A DNA stretch of 64,000 bases. It comes from Narcine bancroftii. Its lineage: Eukaryota. Shown here one piece after another: positions 49,201 through 60,820 of the stretch. The notes beneath the pieces were generated by a model that did not search any database, was not told where the DNA came from, and saw only the letters and a program-made list of their open reading frames with translations. The first letter of the stretch is position 1; every line of letters begins with the position of its first letter. A program made the position numbers and the translations under genes. The DNA lies in the NCBI RefSeq assembly GCF_036971445.1, contig NC_091470.1, forward strand, positions 140,802,001 to 140,866,000, written 5' to 3'.

Positions 49201-50596
49201 CTTCATCAGCCTGCGCAAGTTGCTAACAGCTCATTACCTGTGTGTATCCTTCAGCCGCAGAGCCTCTCATTGGTCCACCTCTGTGGTCACCGTCCTGCTC
49301 AACTGGGGTTGTTCTCCCCATTACTCGTGCCTTGCATCAGACCGCTGCTCCCCTAGAGTCTATAACCCCTCGAGGCCCCTGTCGAACATAGGCACCACCA
49401 TCTTAGGCCCAGACCCTGCAGTCATAGGATTTTAAAATAATTGTCGGCTCCTTTGACAGGCCATTGAAAGCTGTATGGAGCCATTGGCAGTAAGACTGCA
49501 TATCCACTCCCTGCTTTTCATGGGTCCACACTGGGGGGAGTGCTGCCTTTTTTTAATAATACAGTTAGGTAGAATTTCGCATTTTACAGCAATTAAGGGT
49601 TATGGTGTATGGACAGGTAAGTGGAGCTGAGTCCATGGTCAGATCAGCCAACATTATATTGAATGGCGGAACATACTCAATGGGCAGATGACTGACTCTT
49701 GTTTTTAGTTATGTTTTTTTTGCATACATGAACTGTGGAAGGTTGGAAGCAGATTGCCAACAGCTGTCAAGAATTCATAATTCTGCATTTGATGTTTTCC
49801 AGGTCTGGTTGTTGGAGGTGAATGCTAATCCATCTCTGCAGAGACACTGTACAGTTCTCAGCACAGTTATTCCCAGGGTGGTCTATGAAGCACTCGGTAA
49901 GATAATCATTGCTGCTCGTAGATAATGGTGATGTTGATAGTTAAGGAAAACAGTCCAATATTGCCATCACAAATGATTACACTTACCTATTCAACAATAT
50001 TTTCTCTTTCAGATTTAGTTGTTGAGATATTCGAGAAATGCAGTAAAGGATTGAATGTGCTTCCACTGCAGTCCCTAAAGGTGTTTGTCTTATTATACAA
50101 TGGTTGTCATCAAGAAAAGTTCACGAGGTCCATCCCCAAGGGTACAGGAAGGGGCACATCTCTGGCAGCTCTGAAGCAATCACTGAATTCTGTAAACAAG
50201 CCGATGAGAAAGATGGACTCTTCGCTAGACTCTGCAATGTTTCCTGCTAAGCTTCTGCATAGCACAGTCCCACTGGTCTCATCCAACAAGCTACCAGCCA
50301 TCCAACTCGCACCGAGCCTGTGTACAGCTAGCCGCCACCATCATACTGAAGGGTATTCACTTATACAGGAGCAGCTCAAGGCCAGCAGAGATTATGAAAG
50401 TTTCAGCACAATGCAGTGTACTAGGAAACTCAGCCTTTTCCACGGTAAAGGCTCCCTCATTAACTCTCAGCAATACCCGAGGCTGCATGACAGTCGTCCC
50501 TTCCACCTACCCAACTTCAACAAGATGGCAGCAAAACCAACTGAAATGAAGGAAAACCCAAAAGAGAAACAAATGGAATCAGATGACACAGCTTGA
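15868..50596 (+). CDS. TTLL10: Tubulin tyrosine ligase-like 10 (protein polyglycylase), spliced CDS: join(15868-16207,24636-24801,26610-26728,28078-28198,30277-30362,31293-31464,33965-34136,39756-39896,41510-41626,49803-49896,50013-50596), 703 aa
   Basis: All introns are GT..AG with matching phases, and the total of 2112 nt is divisible by 3. The translation has TTL ATP-grasp motifs ([42 protein letters not shown]). It also has segments matching vertebrate TTLL10 as I recall it ([45 protein letters not shown]). Confidence 0.95.
16603..16875. mobile_element. Partial reverse copy of the composite hAT MITE
   Basis: One unit, the same core (ccaattgttactgaaatattttg...ggagttatgaaacc) and the start of the second unit. 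Confidence 0.8.
19892..19930. repeat. Short tandem duplication, 16-bp unit x2.4
   Basis: TGAACAAAATCAATGC TGAACAAAATCAATGC TGAACAA. Confidence 0.9.
21750..21990 (+). mobile_element. tRNA-derived V-SINE (HE1-like). Other copies near 17375-17545, 22451-22675, 24875-25120(-), 25409-25640, 32985-33225, 44985-45950(-, split by LTR), 48335-48560(-), 51707-51945 and 52490-52780
   Basis: A-box/B-box head (gttagcgtagtagtt...ggttcgaatc) plus a V-domain-like core; the best-preserved core is at 22508: ctgtaaggagtttgtacattctcc...gggtttcctccgggtgc...tttcctcccac. Confidence 0.8.
24636..24801 (+). CDS. TTLL10: TTLL10 coding exon 2
   Basis: Acceptor ttcttcatccag|, donor CT|gtaggt, phase 1 to 2. Ends in [14 protein letters not shown], resembling TTLL10 PFFYIGGSNGA. 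Confidence 0.8.
26610..26728 (+). CDS. TTLL10: TTLL10 coding exon 3
   Basis: tttgtacag| [39 protein letters not shown] |gtaaag. Confidence 0.93.
28078..28198 (+). CDS. TTLL10: TTLL10 coding exon 4
   Basis: ctggcag| (G)[39 protein letters not shown](R) |gtaagt. Not present in the ORF track. Confidence 0.95.
29079..29417 (-). mobile_element. LTR-like sequence truncated by an assembly gap
   Basis: Starts TGTTAG, with minus-strand AATAAA (about 29152) and TATAAAA (about 29234) in LTR order. The other end is not visible. Confidence 0.55.
29418..29588. other. Assembly gap (171 N)
   Basis: Run of N. Confidence 1.
30277..30362 (+). CDS. TTLL10: TTLL10 coding exon 5
   Basis: ttttacttctag| [28 protein letters not shown] |gtattc. 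Confidence 0.95.
31293..31464 (+). CDS. TTLL10: TTLL10 coding exon 6
   Basis: ttacacag| (D)[20 protein letters not shown]...PFNRIVQ(R) |gtagtt. Confidence 0.96.
33965..34136 (+). CDS. TTLL10: TTLL10 coding exon 7
   Basis: aaatag| [57 protein letters not shown] |gtgagt. Not present in the ORF track. Confidence 0.96.
34590..36260 (-). mobile_element. Degraded CR1 ORF2 + 3' end
   Basis: Frameshifted RT pieces ([33 protein letters not shown]). Confidence 0.85.
36749..36880. mobile_element. Single-unit hAT MITE of the same family
   Basis: cagtagttttcaaac...ggttgagaaccactg, internally palindromic. Confidence 0.8.
39756..39896 (+). CDS. TTLL10: TTLL10 coding exon 8
   Basis: cttgcccacag| [47 protein letters not shown] |gtaagt. 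Confidence 0.96.
41510..41626 (+). CDS. TTLL10: TTLL10 coding exon 9
   Basis: cccttgcag| [39 protein letters not shown] |gtaatc. Confidence 0.96.
41695..41957 (+). mobile_element. Rex1/Babar-type LINE 3' end (similar remnants near 24285-24460, 34245-34440 and 54300-54530 on the minus strand)
   Basis: Translates as [24 protein letters not shown], followed by a UTR ending gacaataaacttgac. Confidence 0.6.
41990..42890 (-). mobile_element. CR1 3' fragment with an internal duplication and a foreign segment
   Basis: [22 protein letters not shown]-type translation; segment 42235-42355 is repeated, diverged, at 42425-42557. Confidence 0.8.
43230..44050 (-). mobile_element. Penelope-like element remnants (GIY-YIG C-terminus + terminal repeats)
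   Basis: Minus-strand translations ANHFNSTH and [19 protein letters not shown] are typical of Penelope endonuclease C-termini, followed by a pyrimidine-rich UTR and the terminal repeat motif. Confidence 0.7.
44280..46590 (-). mobile_element. CR1 fragment split by a nested SINE and LTR
   Basis: CR1 sequence stops at about 44985 and resumes at about 45950 ([17 protein letters not shown]; [15 protein letters not shown]). Confidence 0.8.
45169..45942 (-). mobile_element. Solo LTR related to 4054-4760
   Basis: Same TGTCTTGGGTAAAC start and CCATTACA end. Flanks CGAAC/CCAAC match at 4 of 5 positions. Minus-strand TATATAA near 45540. Confidence 0.85.
46935..47236 (+). mobile_element. Short 3' copy of the same RTE family
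   Basis: Highly similar to 60522-60820. Encodes an intact C-terminus [24 protein letters not shown]. 8-bp TSD AAGGCATG (46927-46934 / 47237-47244). Confidence 0.92.
47828..48211. mobile_element. Composite hAT/Charlie-type MITE
   Basis: CAGTGGTT(A/C)TCAACC-type terminal inverted repeats; two inverted mini-units around a core of about 105 bp; 8-bp TSD CCTTAGAC/CCTTAGGC. Confidence 0.85.
49803..49896 (+). CDS. TTLL10: TTLL10 coding exon 10
   Basis: gttttccag| [31 protein letters not shown] |gtaaga. Contains the catalytic E-x-N motif. Confidence 0.96.
50013..50596 (+). CDS. TTLL10: TTLL10 last coding exon
   Basis: ttctctttcag| (D)[30 protein letters not shown] followed by a low-complexity tail to TGA at 50594-50596. 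Confidence 0.92.
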
Positions 50597-51985
50597 AAAG
50601 TTATGGATTTAGGAGGGAAATTACCCAGTTCATATCAGGATCCACTTTAGCTCCCAGTTTACTCACCTTTACTTTTATCCAACAATGCATCAGTGAATCA
50701 GTGCCATACTTCACAACGTGGGCATTTTGAAATCCATCAGTTTTTCAGAAAATAGAAAAATATTTACAATTATCTCAAAACCAACAGATATGTCTGTGTT
50801 TGGATGGTCCCAGATATTTTGTGGAATTAAGGAAATAATTTTTTCATCTTGTCATCAATCTCATTCCATCTCAGTACCGGAGCCAAACTTTTCACCTGTG
50901 ATGACCATGTCGTTACCACTGCAGAAAGCCCACCTGATTGGGTGAGTCTGCACTGCTCACCATGTCTGGGTGCAGCTGAGATAAGGAGGGAGAAGGCTTT
51001 GCAATGGGATCCTCCTCCACCTGTACCAATCTTTCTTCCTCCCCTGAAATAATCCTCTTACACCCCCATCCCAAGGCTCCAACCAACCCCATCATACTAG
51101 GAAGATAAGGGTCATCTTGGAACAGACTGAAGTCCTTTCTCTGTAAAACATTGAGTTTTGCCTTTGAGGCCTGTCAGGGTGATGGGGGAAGCCATGTGTT
51201 CCTGAACCTCAAAGAACTCCCTTTTCATCAGGCAAGTACAACTCCTGGGGTTAGGTTGGGGAAAGGGGAGGAATGTGGTGGACATGTCCCAGTCTTGTGG
51301 GTTGTATTACCGGCTAGTGTTGAACAGGATGTGGGTAGACCAGAGCTTCAGATTCCAAAGTCTGGGCCCCACCATCTCGTTTCTTTCCTGAGATGATCCA
51401 CGGACAAGAGTTTAGTCCAGTGTAACGACAGCCTGCTCTGGGACTCTGCTGATGAGCAAAAGTTCTGCAAAGTCATTCTCAACAGAATAATTATTTTTCC
51501 TCAGTTGTGACACTGTGCAGTAAATGGCTGGCATTATGAATGGAGACATTAGGGAGTATTTTATTTGTGATATCCCTTCATGGTTTGATTGTGGAAAGGT
51601 CATAACATCACACAGGCTTGTGAGATGGTCCTTCAGGAAGTAGAGGGTGAATACAAACAGGTACCTTAATGAAAACCATCCCTTGCTGAATTTAAGGATT
51701 TTTATTCATGGTGACAGGGTTAGTATGATGGTTAGAGCAACACTATTACAGCGCCAGTGACTCGGGTTCAAATTCCGCGCTGCCTGCAAAGAGTTTGTAC
51801 ATTCTCCACGTGTCTATGTGGGTTTCCTCTGGCTGCTCCAGTTTCCTCCCACCCTCCAAAAGTCTATGGGTTAATTGGTGTATTGGGCAGCACAGACTCA
51901 TGGGCCAGAAGGGCCTGTTACAATGCTATATCTTTAAAATTAAATCTAAACTCCAATGAGTAGAGTCTCCGGCAACTCTATCCTC

Positions 51986-51996
51986 ATTAAAATAAA
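51986..51996 (+). terminator. Candidate TTLL10 polyadenylation signal
   Basis: Overlapping ATTAAA/AATAAA; the first AATAAA I found after the stop codon, about 1.4 kb downstream. Confidence 0.3.
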
Positions 51997-54569
51997 TTAT
52001 AACTCTATTAACAGTCTACTGTTGGATCTGATCATAAGATTTTAACAAATATTGCAAGCTCTTGATAACTGATCAACCTCTGCCAGCCCAAATTTAATAT
52101 GAAAATGCTGGACTTTTCCTGCATTTTCTTTAATTTCTTTTACCTTTTTCTGCCAAAGAACCTTGAACTTTGAAAATAAGATTCCATGGTTTATTAAGGT
52201 TAAGTCCTAGATTAGTGAACTACCTCTCCAACCAAAGGTGCAGGACTAGGATGAGGGCCAGAGCAATCATGTCCCATGTTACTGTGGAAGTCAGCATGAA
52301 ACAATAATGATTGCAAGTTCCCTGGCCAACTTTTAAAGGGGAAGCCATGAAAGTTTCAAAGGAATGAGAAGCCCGCCTTACTCTGCACTCCAAAGTGTTG
52401 AAGGGAACACTGCGAGATATGTATTATGTCAACTTTTCCCCTGAATTTCTTTCAACAATGTCCAAATTTAACATTAATTCCCAGATATTACAGCATGCTC
52501 ATAGCAGAAGAGTTTATGCCACTGCCTCACATCTCCAAAGGCCCGGTTCAAACCTGACCTCCACCACTGTCTATGTGGAGTTTGCACATTCTCTCTGAAA
52601 TTTGCGTGGTTTCCCCCCAGGTACCAAAGATATGTGGATATGTTAATTGGCTGCTATAAATGAATGTAGCCAATTAACATATTGACGTACTTGAGAGAAC
52701 TTGAGCTGCAGGGACTGAGGCTCTGAATGCTCTGCTGAGAGCATGGAGCTGATGGGCTGAGTGGCCTATTTCTATGCTATAATAAGGATGTGTGAATTTC
52801 AATGAGCCAGTGTGTACACCAATGGGTCAAGTGTCTCCAATGCTGTATTTCCCACATAAGTGTCATACGATATGGTCAATAAACAAAAAAAAATCAATCT
52901 CTATTCTAGTCCAAATACACATCCTGATCCACTTGGATCACAAATGTGGATCAATTTGTAGCAGGAAATTTCAGTGAATACAAACCTTTCAAGAGCCAAA
53001 ACAACTGGCAGGTTCACACTGCCTCAACCTTTCACTTGCTTGACAGGGCAAGGTGTGTAGATGTCAGGCAGCAAGGATCTACAAATAGCTTACAGACAGG
53101 TAACGCACCTGGCAAAACAGGGCACCAGTGAGTGGTGGCCAGTGCCTCAGCAGATATCACCCTTACCATGGCAAGGCAGAGCAGGGAAAGAAAGGAGTCT
53201 GGAACATTCCCCACTCCACAGCACAGCCTTTGGATCCTGACTGCTTTGGGACCCTCTGAGGCTGCAAAACCCAGGCCTTTGTTCTCTTCTTACTTGGAGA
53301 AGTGAGAGATGGAAGAACTGGAATTTCAAAAACATCGCGAAATGTTTACAAAATCTGGATCAGGTGAGCGCAGAGTCATTTGCCCAGAGTAGGGGAATCA
53401 GTAACCATTGGTTTAAGGAATTTAACAGATTTAACAGGGATATTTTTACACAGAGGGTGGTGGGTGTATGGAATGACTGCCAGAAGAGGTGATTGAGGCA
53501 GGGACTACTGTAATGTTTAAGAAAATATTGAATGGATACAGGAGAGGATGTATTGAGAGGCATATTGCCAAACACAGATGGGTGGGACAAGAGTGGGTGG
53601 GATATTTTGGCAGGATTGGGCAAGTTCAGCTGAAGAGGCTGTCTCCATGTTTGACTCTATGACAATCTGTTTTATTAGCATATTTGGCCCATATCACATT
53701 GAACAGCACATCACAGCACCCAAAGACCTTACAATAAATTCACACTCAAGTGTCCTTGCAAAGTCCTGGCATCACAATAACCTCATGCGGTGATCCAGCC
53801 ACATTGGCTTCATTAGATTGTTAGTGAATTATTGTCCAGTTTTATCAATGCCACATTGACAAACATGGCAGACAGCTGTTGAGTGAATAATAATGCTGAC
53901 AATTGATTTCAAGCTTTGGGGACGTGTCATAAACCACTCGTGCTTTGCTGTTCATGGTTTATAACAAGGGATCATGCATCTCATTGTAGGACACCAAAGC
54001 CATTGATGACATGACTTTAACTCCAGATGAAAATGACTATTCCAACACAGGAGAGTTCCAGAAAAGCCTGTCAAGAAGTCTGTTCTTTCCTGAGGTTCAG
54101 TTGACAGATTGGTGAAAAATCAGTCTCTGGGTGAGCACACAAGGACGTGGAGATGGTACATAACCCTCAACATCGGAGGCAGAATAGGCACCAAATCTGT
54201 GAAATTCTCCCAATCTTTGGGATCAGGAATAGGATTAGTGTCAGTGTGTGCCACATGGTGGATGGGCTCAGTGGCTGAAGAGCAGTCTAGCACTCAATGT
54301 CACTGGACTCTCTAACATTGTGACCTTTTGCTTCAGATATTCGTTGGAACAAAAAATACCTCATTTTACTGGTGTGTAGTTTATTCAAGTCTGATAAGGG
54401 CAGGAAAGAAACTGTCCTTGAATCTGGTTGAGTGTGATCTCTACCTCGTGAATCTTCTTCTCGACAGGCGGAGAAGAGGAAAGGAGAGTGTAACCAGGTG
54501 AGCTGGTTGCTTTTCTGGGGAGCAGGAAGTACAGATGGACATAGTCTAACCTCAAAACATCTGCAATAT

Positions 54570-57500
54570 TGAACTTTACAGCACAGTACAGGCCCTTCAG
54601 CCCACAATGTTGTGCTGACCAATTTAAACCTAATCAATAAACTAAACCATGTCTTTATTTTCCTTGTATCCGTGTGCCTGTCTGTTTTGTACCAGCCTCC
54701 ACCATCGCCCCTGGCAATGCATTCGAGGGATCCACTACTCTCTGTGTGAAAAACTTACCACTGACGTCACCCCTAAACATTCCTCCCCTCACCTTACACA
54801 GATGGTGTTTGCTACTGTTACCCCTAGAAAAAGGTGTGGTCTGTCCACCCTCATATAATCTTGTAAACCTCTATTAAGTCACTGCTCATCCTTCTTCACT
54901 CCAACTGAAAAGTCCCAGCTCTGTCAACCTTGCCTCATAAGACACATACTCCAATTCAGGGGCGACATCTTGGTGAATCTCCTCTGCACCCTCTCCAAGG
55001 CTTCCATGTCCTTCCTGTAATGAGGTGACCAGAACTGAACACAATGTTCCAAGTGTGGTTTAAACAGAATTTAATCGAGACCATAAGACATAAGAAAACC
55101 AATAGATCATTCAGTCCATCAGTCTGCTCTGCCATTTTCCAACTCAACACCACTCCCCATTACATTTCATGCCCTGGCTAATCAAGAACCTATCTCTGCC
55201 TTAAATACACGCACTGACCTGGCCTCCACAACTGCCTGTGGCAACAAACTCCACCCCACCCTCCACATCTCTAAATGGACACCCTTCAATCCTGAACTTG
55301 TGCCCTCTTGTGCTGGTCTCTTTCTGCATCTACTCTGTCCATGCCATTCAACATTCCAAACGTTTCACTGAGATCCCCCCTCATTCTCCTATATTCCAAT
55401 GAACACAGGCTAAGAGCTGTCAAACACTCCTCAAATGAAAACCCTTTCATTCCCAGTTGCAACATTACCTTACACACTTGAGCTCAATCCCCTGACTGAT
55501 GAAAGCCAGCATACCATTAGCCTTCTTAATTACTATCAACCTGTTTAAGAGATCTATGGATTTGGTCCCCAAGATGTCTCTGTTCTTCCACACTGTTAAG
55601 AATCCTGCTATTAATCATGTACTCAGCCTTCATGTTTGTCCAGTAGGACAGCATTATGATAATTATGGGGCATTTTAACATGAAAGTGGATTTGGAATGT
55701 CAGGTCAGTATAGAACCTCAGGAGAGAAGAGTTAATGGAATGCCTACAGGATGGCTTTTTGGAGCAGCTTGTCGATAAGCCCACTAGAGGATCAGCTGTT
55801 CTGGATAGGGTGGTATGTATAATGAACCAGAGGTGATTAGAGACCTTAAGGTAAAGAAACTCTGGGAGGCAGTGTTCACAAAATGATTGAGTTTACTTTG
55901 ATATTTGAAAAGGAGAGGCTAAAGTCGGATGTGTCAGTATTTCAGTAGAGTAAAGGAAATTACAGACGTGTGAGAAAAGAACTGGCCAAAGTCAATTGAA
56001 AAAGCACAATGATGGGGGACAACAGCAGATCAGCAATGGCTGGAGTTTCTGTGAGAAATGAGGAAAGTGCAAGCCAAGCACAAACCAAACCAAACCAAGA
56101 AATTTATGAATGGAAAAATGAGACAACTGTGGCTGATGAGGGAAGTTAAAACCAAAGTAAAACCAAATGAGAAGGCAGACGAGGAAGCAAAGATGAGTGG
56201 GAAGATCGAGGACTAGAAAACTTAAAAACTCAAAGACAACTAAGAAGATAATGAAGGAAAAGATTAATTCTGAAAGGAGGTCAGCAAGTAATATCAAAGA
56301 GGATTCTAAAAGCTTTTATAAATATATAAAGAGTGAAAGAGTGAACAAAGTAGACATAAGACCAAGAGAAAATGACACTGGATAAATTGTAATGGGAGAC
56401 CAGGAGATGGCAGAGGAACTAAATAAATGTTTTGGATTAGTTTTCACGGTAGATGACATAGTAGCATACCAGACTCTCATGGCTGTCTTGGAAGAGAAGT
56501 GGTTGTGGTCAAGATCATGAGAGAGAAGGTACTTGGGAAGCTAAATGGTCTGAGGGTGGATAAGTCTTCCAGACCAGGTGGAATGCACCTTTGGGTTCTG
56601 AAGGAAGATGCTGTAGAGATTGTGGAGGCATTGGTAATGATCTTCCAGGAGTCAACGGAGTCTGGCAGGGTTCTGGTGGACTAGAGGATCATGATTTGCG
56701 AATGTCACTCCACTGTTTAAGAAGAGAGTGAGGCAGCAGAAAGGAAATTATAGACCCATTGCCTGACGTCAATAGTTGGAAAGTTGTTGGAGTCGATGCA
56801 AAGGATGAGATTATATAGCTGGAGGTCCGTGAACAGATTGCCCCAAATCAGCATGGTTTCTTTAAAGGAACATCATACCTGACAAACCTATTGTAATTTT
56901 TTGAACAGATCACAAGTGGGATCGACAGGGGAGATACAGTGGATGTTGAATATTTGGACTTTCAAATAGCCTTTGATAAGGTGCCACTCATAAGGCTGAT
57001 GAGCAAGATGATAGCCCATGGAATTACCGGAAGGATACTAGCATGGCTAAAGCATTGGCTGGTTGACAGGAAGCAGAGGGTGGGAATTAAAGGATCCTAT
57101 TAGAACCATAGGACATTATAGCATAGTAACAGGCCCCTTTGGCCCTTCCAGTCTGTGCTGAACCATTTTTTTGCTAAGTCCCTTTGACTTGCACCCAGTC
57201 CATATTCCACCATATTTCTCCCATCCATGTACCTGTCCAAATTATTCTTAAATGTTAAAATTGAGCCTGTCTTTAACACTGAGGTAGAATTTAACATAGA
57301 CCTTGGTCACATTTCTGAATGGTGAGAATTGCACCATCGCTGCTTTCAGATCAGCTAATTTTGCTGGTTTTCCTTGACTCAAAAACCAAAATGAATCACA
57401 TGCACCTGTATCTATTTATGACAAAAAGGGTCAGATTTTTCTTCTTAAAACCATAGAAAATTCAGCACAGAACCAAGCCCTTCTTGCCTCTGCTGGACTA

Positions 57501-59090
57501 TTATTCTCTCTTGACCCACTGACCTGCACCTAATCCATAGTCCTCCATACCTCTCCCATCCATGTACCTCTCCAAATTCTTCTTAAAAGTTAAAATTGAG
57601 CCCTCATTTACCACCTCAGCTGGCAGCTCACTCCACACTCCCACCACTGTGTGAAGAAGTTCCCCCTCACATTCCCCTAAACTTTTCCCCTTTCACTCTT
57701 AACCCATGACGTCTGGTTCGTATCTCTCCCTACCCTCAGTGGAAAAAGCCTACCTACATTTACTCTATCTATCCCCCCTCATAATTTTAAATACCTCTAT
57801 CAAATCTCCCCTCATTCTTCTACACTCCAGTAAATTCTAGTAAATCTTTGTATTCTTTCTATCTTATTAATATCTTTCCTGTAGTTCGGTGTCCAAAACT
57901 GCACACAATACTCTTAATTTGGCCTCACCAATGTCTTCTACAACTTTACCACAACATCCCAGATCTTATACCCAATATTTTGATTTATGAAGGCTAATAT
58001 GCCAAAAACCCTCTTTAAAACTCTATCTACCTGTGATGCCACTTTCAGGGAATTATTTATCTGTATTCCCAGGTCCCTCTGTGCTACTGCACTCTTCAGT
58101 GCCCTACCATTCACCGTGTATGTCCTTCCTTGGTTTGTCCTTCCAAAATGCAAAATCTAATACTTGTCTGCATTAAATTCCATCTGTCATTTTTCAGCCC
58201 ATTTTCCGGCTGGTCCAGATCCCTCTGCAAAACCTTCTTCAATGTCCATAATGCCTGTGTCATCTGAAAACTTGCTGATTCAATTTACCACATTATCATC
58301 AAGATCATTGATATAGATGACAAACAACAATTGTTCCAGCACCGATCCCTGAGGCACCACTAGTCACAGGCCTTCAATCTGAGAAGCATCCACCACAACT
58401 CTCTGGCTTCTCCTGTCCAGCCATTGATGAATCCAGTTCACTACTTCACCATGAATTCCTAGTATCTGAATCTTCCTGACTAACCTCCCTTGTGGGACAT
58501 TGTCAAAGGCCTATTAAGTCCATGCAGACAACATCCACAGCCTTTCCTTTGTCAACTTTCCTGGTAACCTCCTCGAAAATCTCTATAATTGGTTAAACAC
58601 GACTTAGCATGCACAAAACCATGTTGACAATCCCTAATCAGTCCATGGCTATCCAAATAATTGTACATCCAATCTCTTAGAAGACATTCCAATAATTTAC
58701 TACTACTGACATCCATGTAATTTCCAGGGTTACTTTTGGAGCCTTTTTTAAACAACATGAGCTACCTCAAATCCTCCAGTGACACACCCGTGGCCAAGGA
58801 CATTTTAAATATTTCTTCCAGAGCCCCTGCAATTTCTACACTAGCCTCTCTCAAAGGCCAAAGAATATCTTGATTTATCCACCCTTATTTGCTTGAAGAC
58901 AGCAAGCAATTCCTCCTCTTTAATCTGTATAGGTTCCATGACCTCGTTGCTTTTTTTCCATAATCCCACGACTCTGTGTCTGTTTCCTGAATGAAAACTG
59001 ATTGGAGAAAAAAAATTAAGATCTCCCCCATCTGTTTTGGCTCCAAACAAAACTGACCACTCTGATCTACAAGGGGACCAATTTTGTTCC
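54570..59090. mobile_element. Cluster of degraded CR1 fragments: 54570-55640(-), 55640-57100(+), 57100-57290(-), 57450-59090(-)
   Basis: Multiple frameshifted EN/RT pieces and CR1 3' tails. Confidence 0.85.
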
Positions 59091-59253
59091 ATGCCAAGGA
59101 GCTAATGAGGTACTTGAAGAGTACAGAAAATGCAAGAAAATACTCAAGAAAGAAATCAGGAAGGCAAAATGAAAAAACGAGATTGCTCTGGCAGATAATA
59201 TGAAGGTAAACACAAAGTCACAAAGGGTGTTTGTAAGTATATTAAGAGTAAAA

Positions 59254-60820
59254 CTACAGGGGAATCACGTTGCTCTCCATTGCAGGCAAAATCTTCGCTA
59301 GGATTCTACTAAATAGAATAATACCTAGTGTCGCCGAGAATATTCTCCCAGAATCACAGTGCGGCTTTCGCGCAAACAGAGGAACCACTGACATGGTCTT
59401 TGCCCTCAGACAGCTCCAAGAAAAGTGCAGAGAACAAAGCAAAGGACTCTACATCACCTTTGTTGACCTCACCAAAGCCTTCGACACCGTGAGCAGGAAA
59501 GGGCTTTGGCAAATACTAGAGCGCATCGGATGTCCCCCAAAGTTCCTCAACATGATTATCCAACTGCACGAAAACCAACAAGGTCGGGTCAGATACAGCA
59601 ATGAGCTCTCTGAACCCTTCTCCATTAAAAATGGCGTGAAGCAAGGCTGTGTTCTCGCACCAACCCTCTTTTCAATCTTCTTCAGCATGATGCTGAACCA
59701 AGCCATGAAAGACCCCAACAATGAAGACGCTGTTTACATCCGGTACCGCACGGATGGCAGTCTCTTCAATCTGAGGCGCCTGCAAGCTCACACCAAGACA
59801 CAAGAGAAACTTGTCCGTGAACTACTCTTTGCAGATGATGCCGCTTTAGTTGCCCATTCAGAGCCAGCTCTTCAGCGCTTGACGTCCTGCTTTGCGGAAA
59901 CTGCCAAAATGTTTGGCCTGGAAGTCAGCCTGAAGAAAACTGAGGTCCTCCATCAGCCAGCTCCCCACCATGACTACCAGCCCCCCCACATCTCCATCGG
60001 GCACACAAAACTCAAAACGGTCAACCAGTTTACCTATCTCGGCTGCACCATTTCATCAGATGCAAGGATCGACAATGAGATAGACAACAGACTCGCCAAG
60101 GCAAATAGCGCCTTTGGAAGACTACACAAAAGAGTCTGGAAAAACAACCAACTGAAAAACCTCACAAAGATAAGCGTATACAGAGCCGTTGTCATACCCA
60201 CACTCCTGTTCGGCTCCGAATCATGGGTCCTCTACCGGCACCACTTACGGCTCCTAGAACGCTTCCACCAGCGTTGTCTCCGCTCCATCCTCAACATCCA
60301 TTGGAGCGCTTACACCCCTAACGTCGAGGTACTCGAGATGGCAGAGGTCGACAGCATCGAGTCCACGCTGCTGAAGATCCAGCTGCGCTGGATGGGTCAC
60401 GTCTCCAGAATGGAGGACCATCGCCTTCCCAAGATCATATTATATGGCGAGCTCTCCACTGGCCACCGTGACAGAGGTGCACCAAAGAAAAGGTACAAGG
60501 ACTGCCTAAAGAAATCTCTTGGTGCCTGCCACATTGACCACCGCCAGTGGGCTGATAACGCCTCAAACCGTGCATCTTGGCGCCTCACAGTTTGGCGGGC
60601 AGCAGCCTCCTTTGAAGAAGACCGCAGAGCCCACCTCACTGACAAAAGGCAAAGGAGGAAAAACCCAACACCCAACCCCAACCAACCAATTTTCCCTTGC
60701 AACCGCGCAATCGTGTCTGCCTGTCCCGCATCGGACTTGTCAACCACAAACGAGCCTGCAGCTGACGTGGACTTTTTACCCCCTCCATAAATCTTCGTCC
60801 GCGAAGCAAAGCCAAAGAAG
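59254..60820 (+). mobile_element. 5'-truncated RTE-clade LINE with nearly intact RT ORF (AviRTE-like)
   Basis: 506-aa ORF with NYRGITLLS, PESQCGFR, FVDLTKAFDTV, GVKQGCVLAP, YRTDGSLFNLRRL, LLFADD and QLRWMGHV. Short 3' UTR ending in AAG repeats. 10-bp TSD AAGAGTAAAA (59244-59253 / 60821-60830), inside a CR1. Confidence 0.93.

Noticed and set aside
49925-50596. 223-aa ORF as a standalone gene, with a TAATG stop/start overlap
   Set aside because: It is the last TTLL10 exon read through from the 116-bp intron; the first 29 or so residues are intronic.
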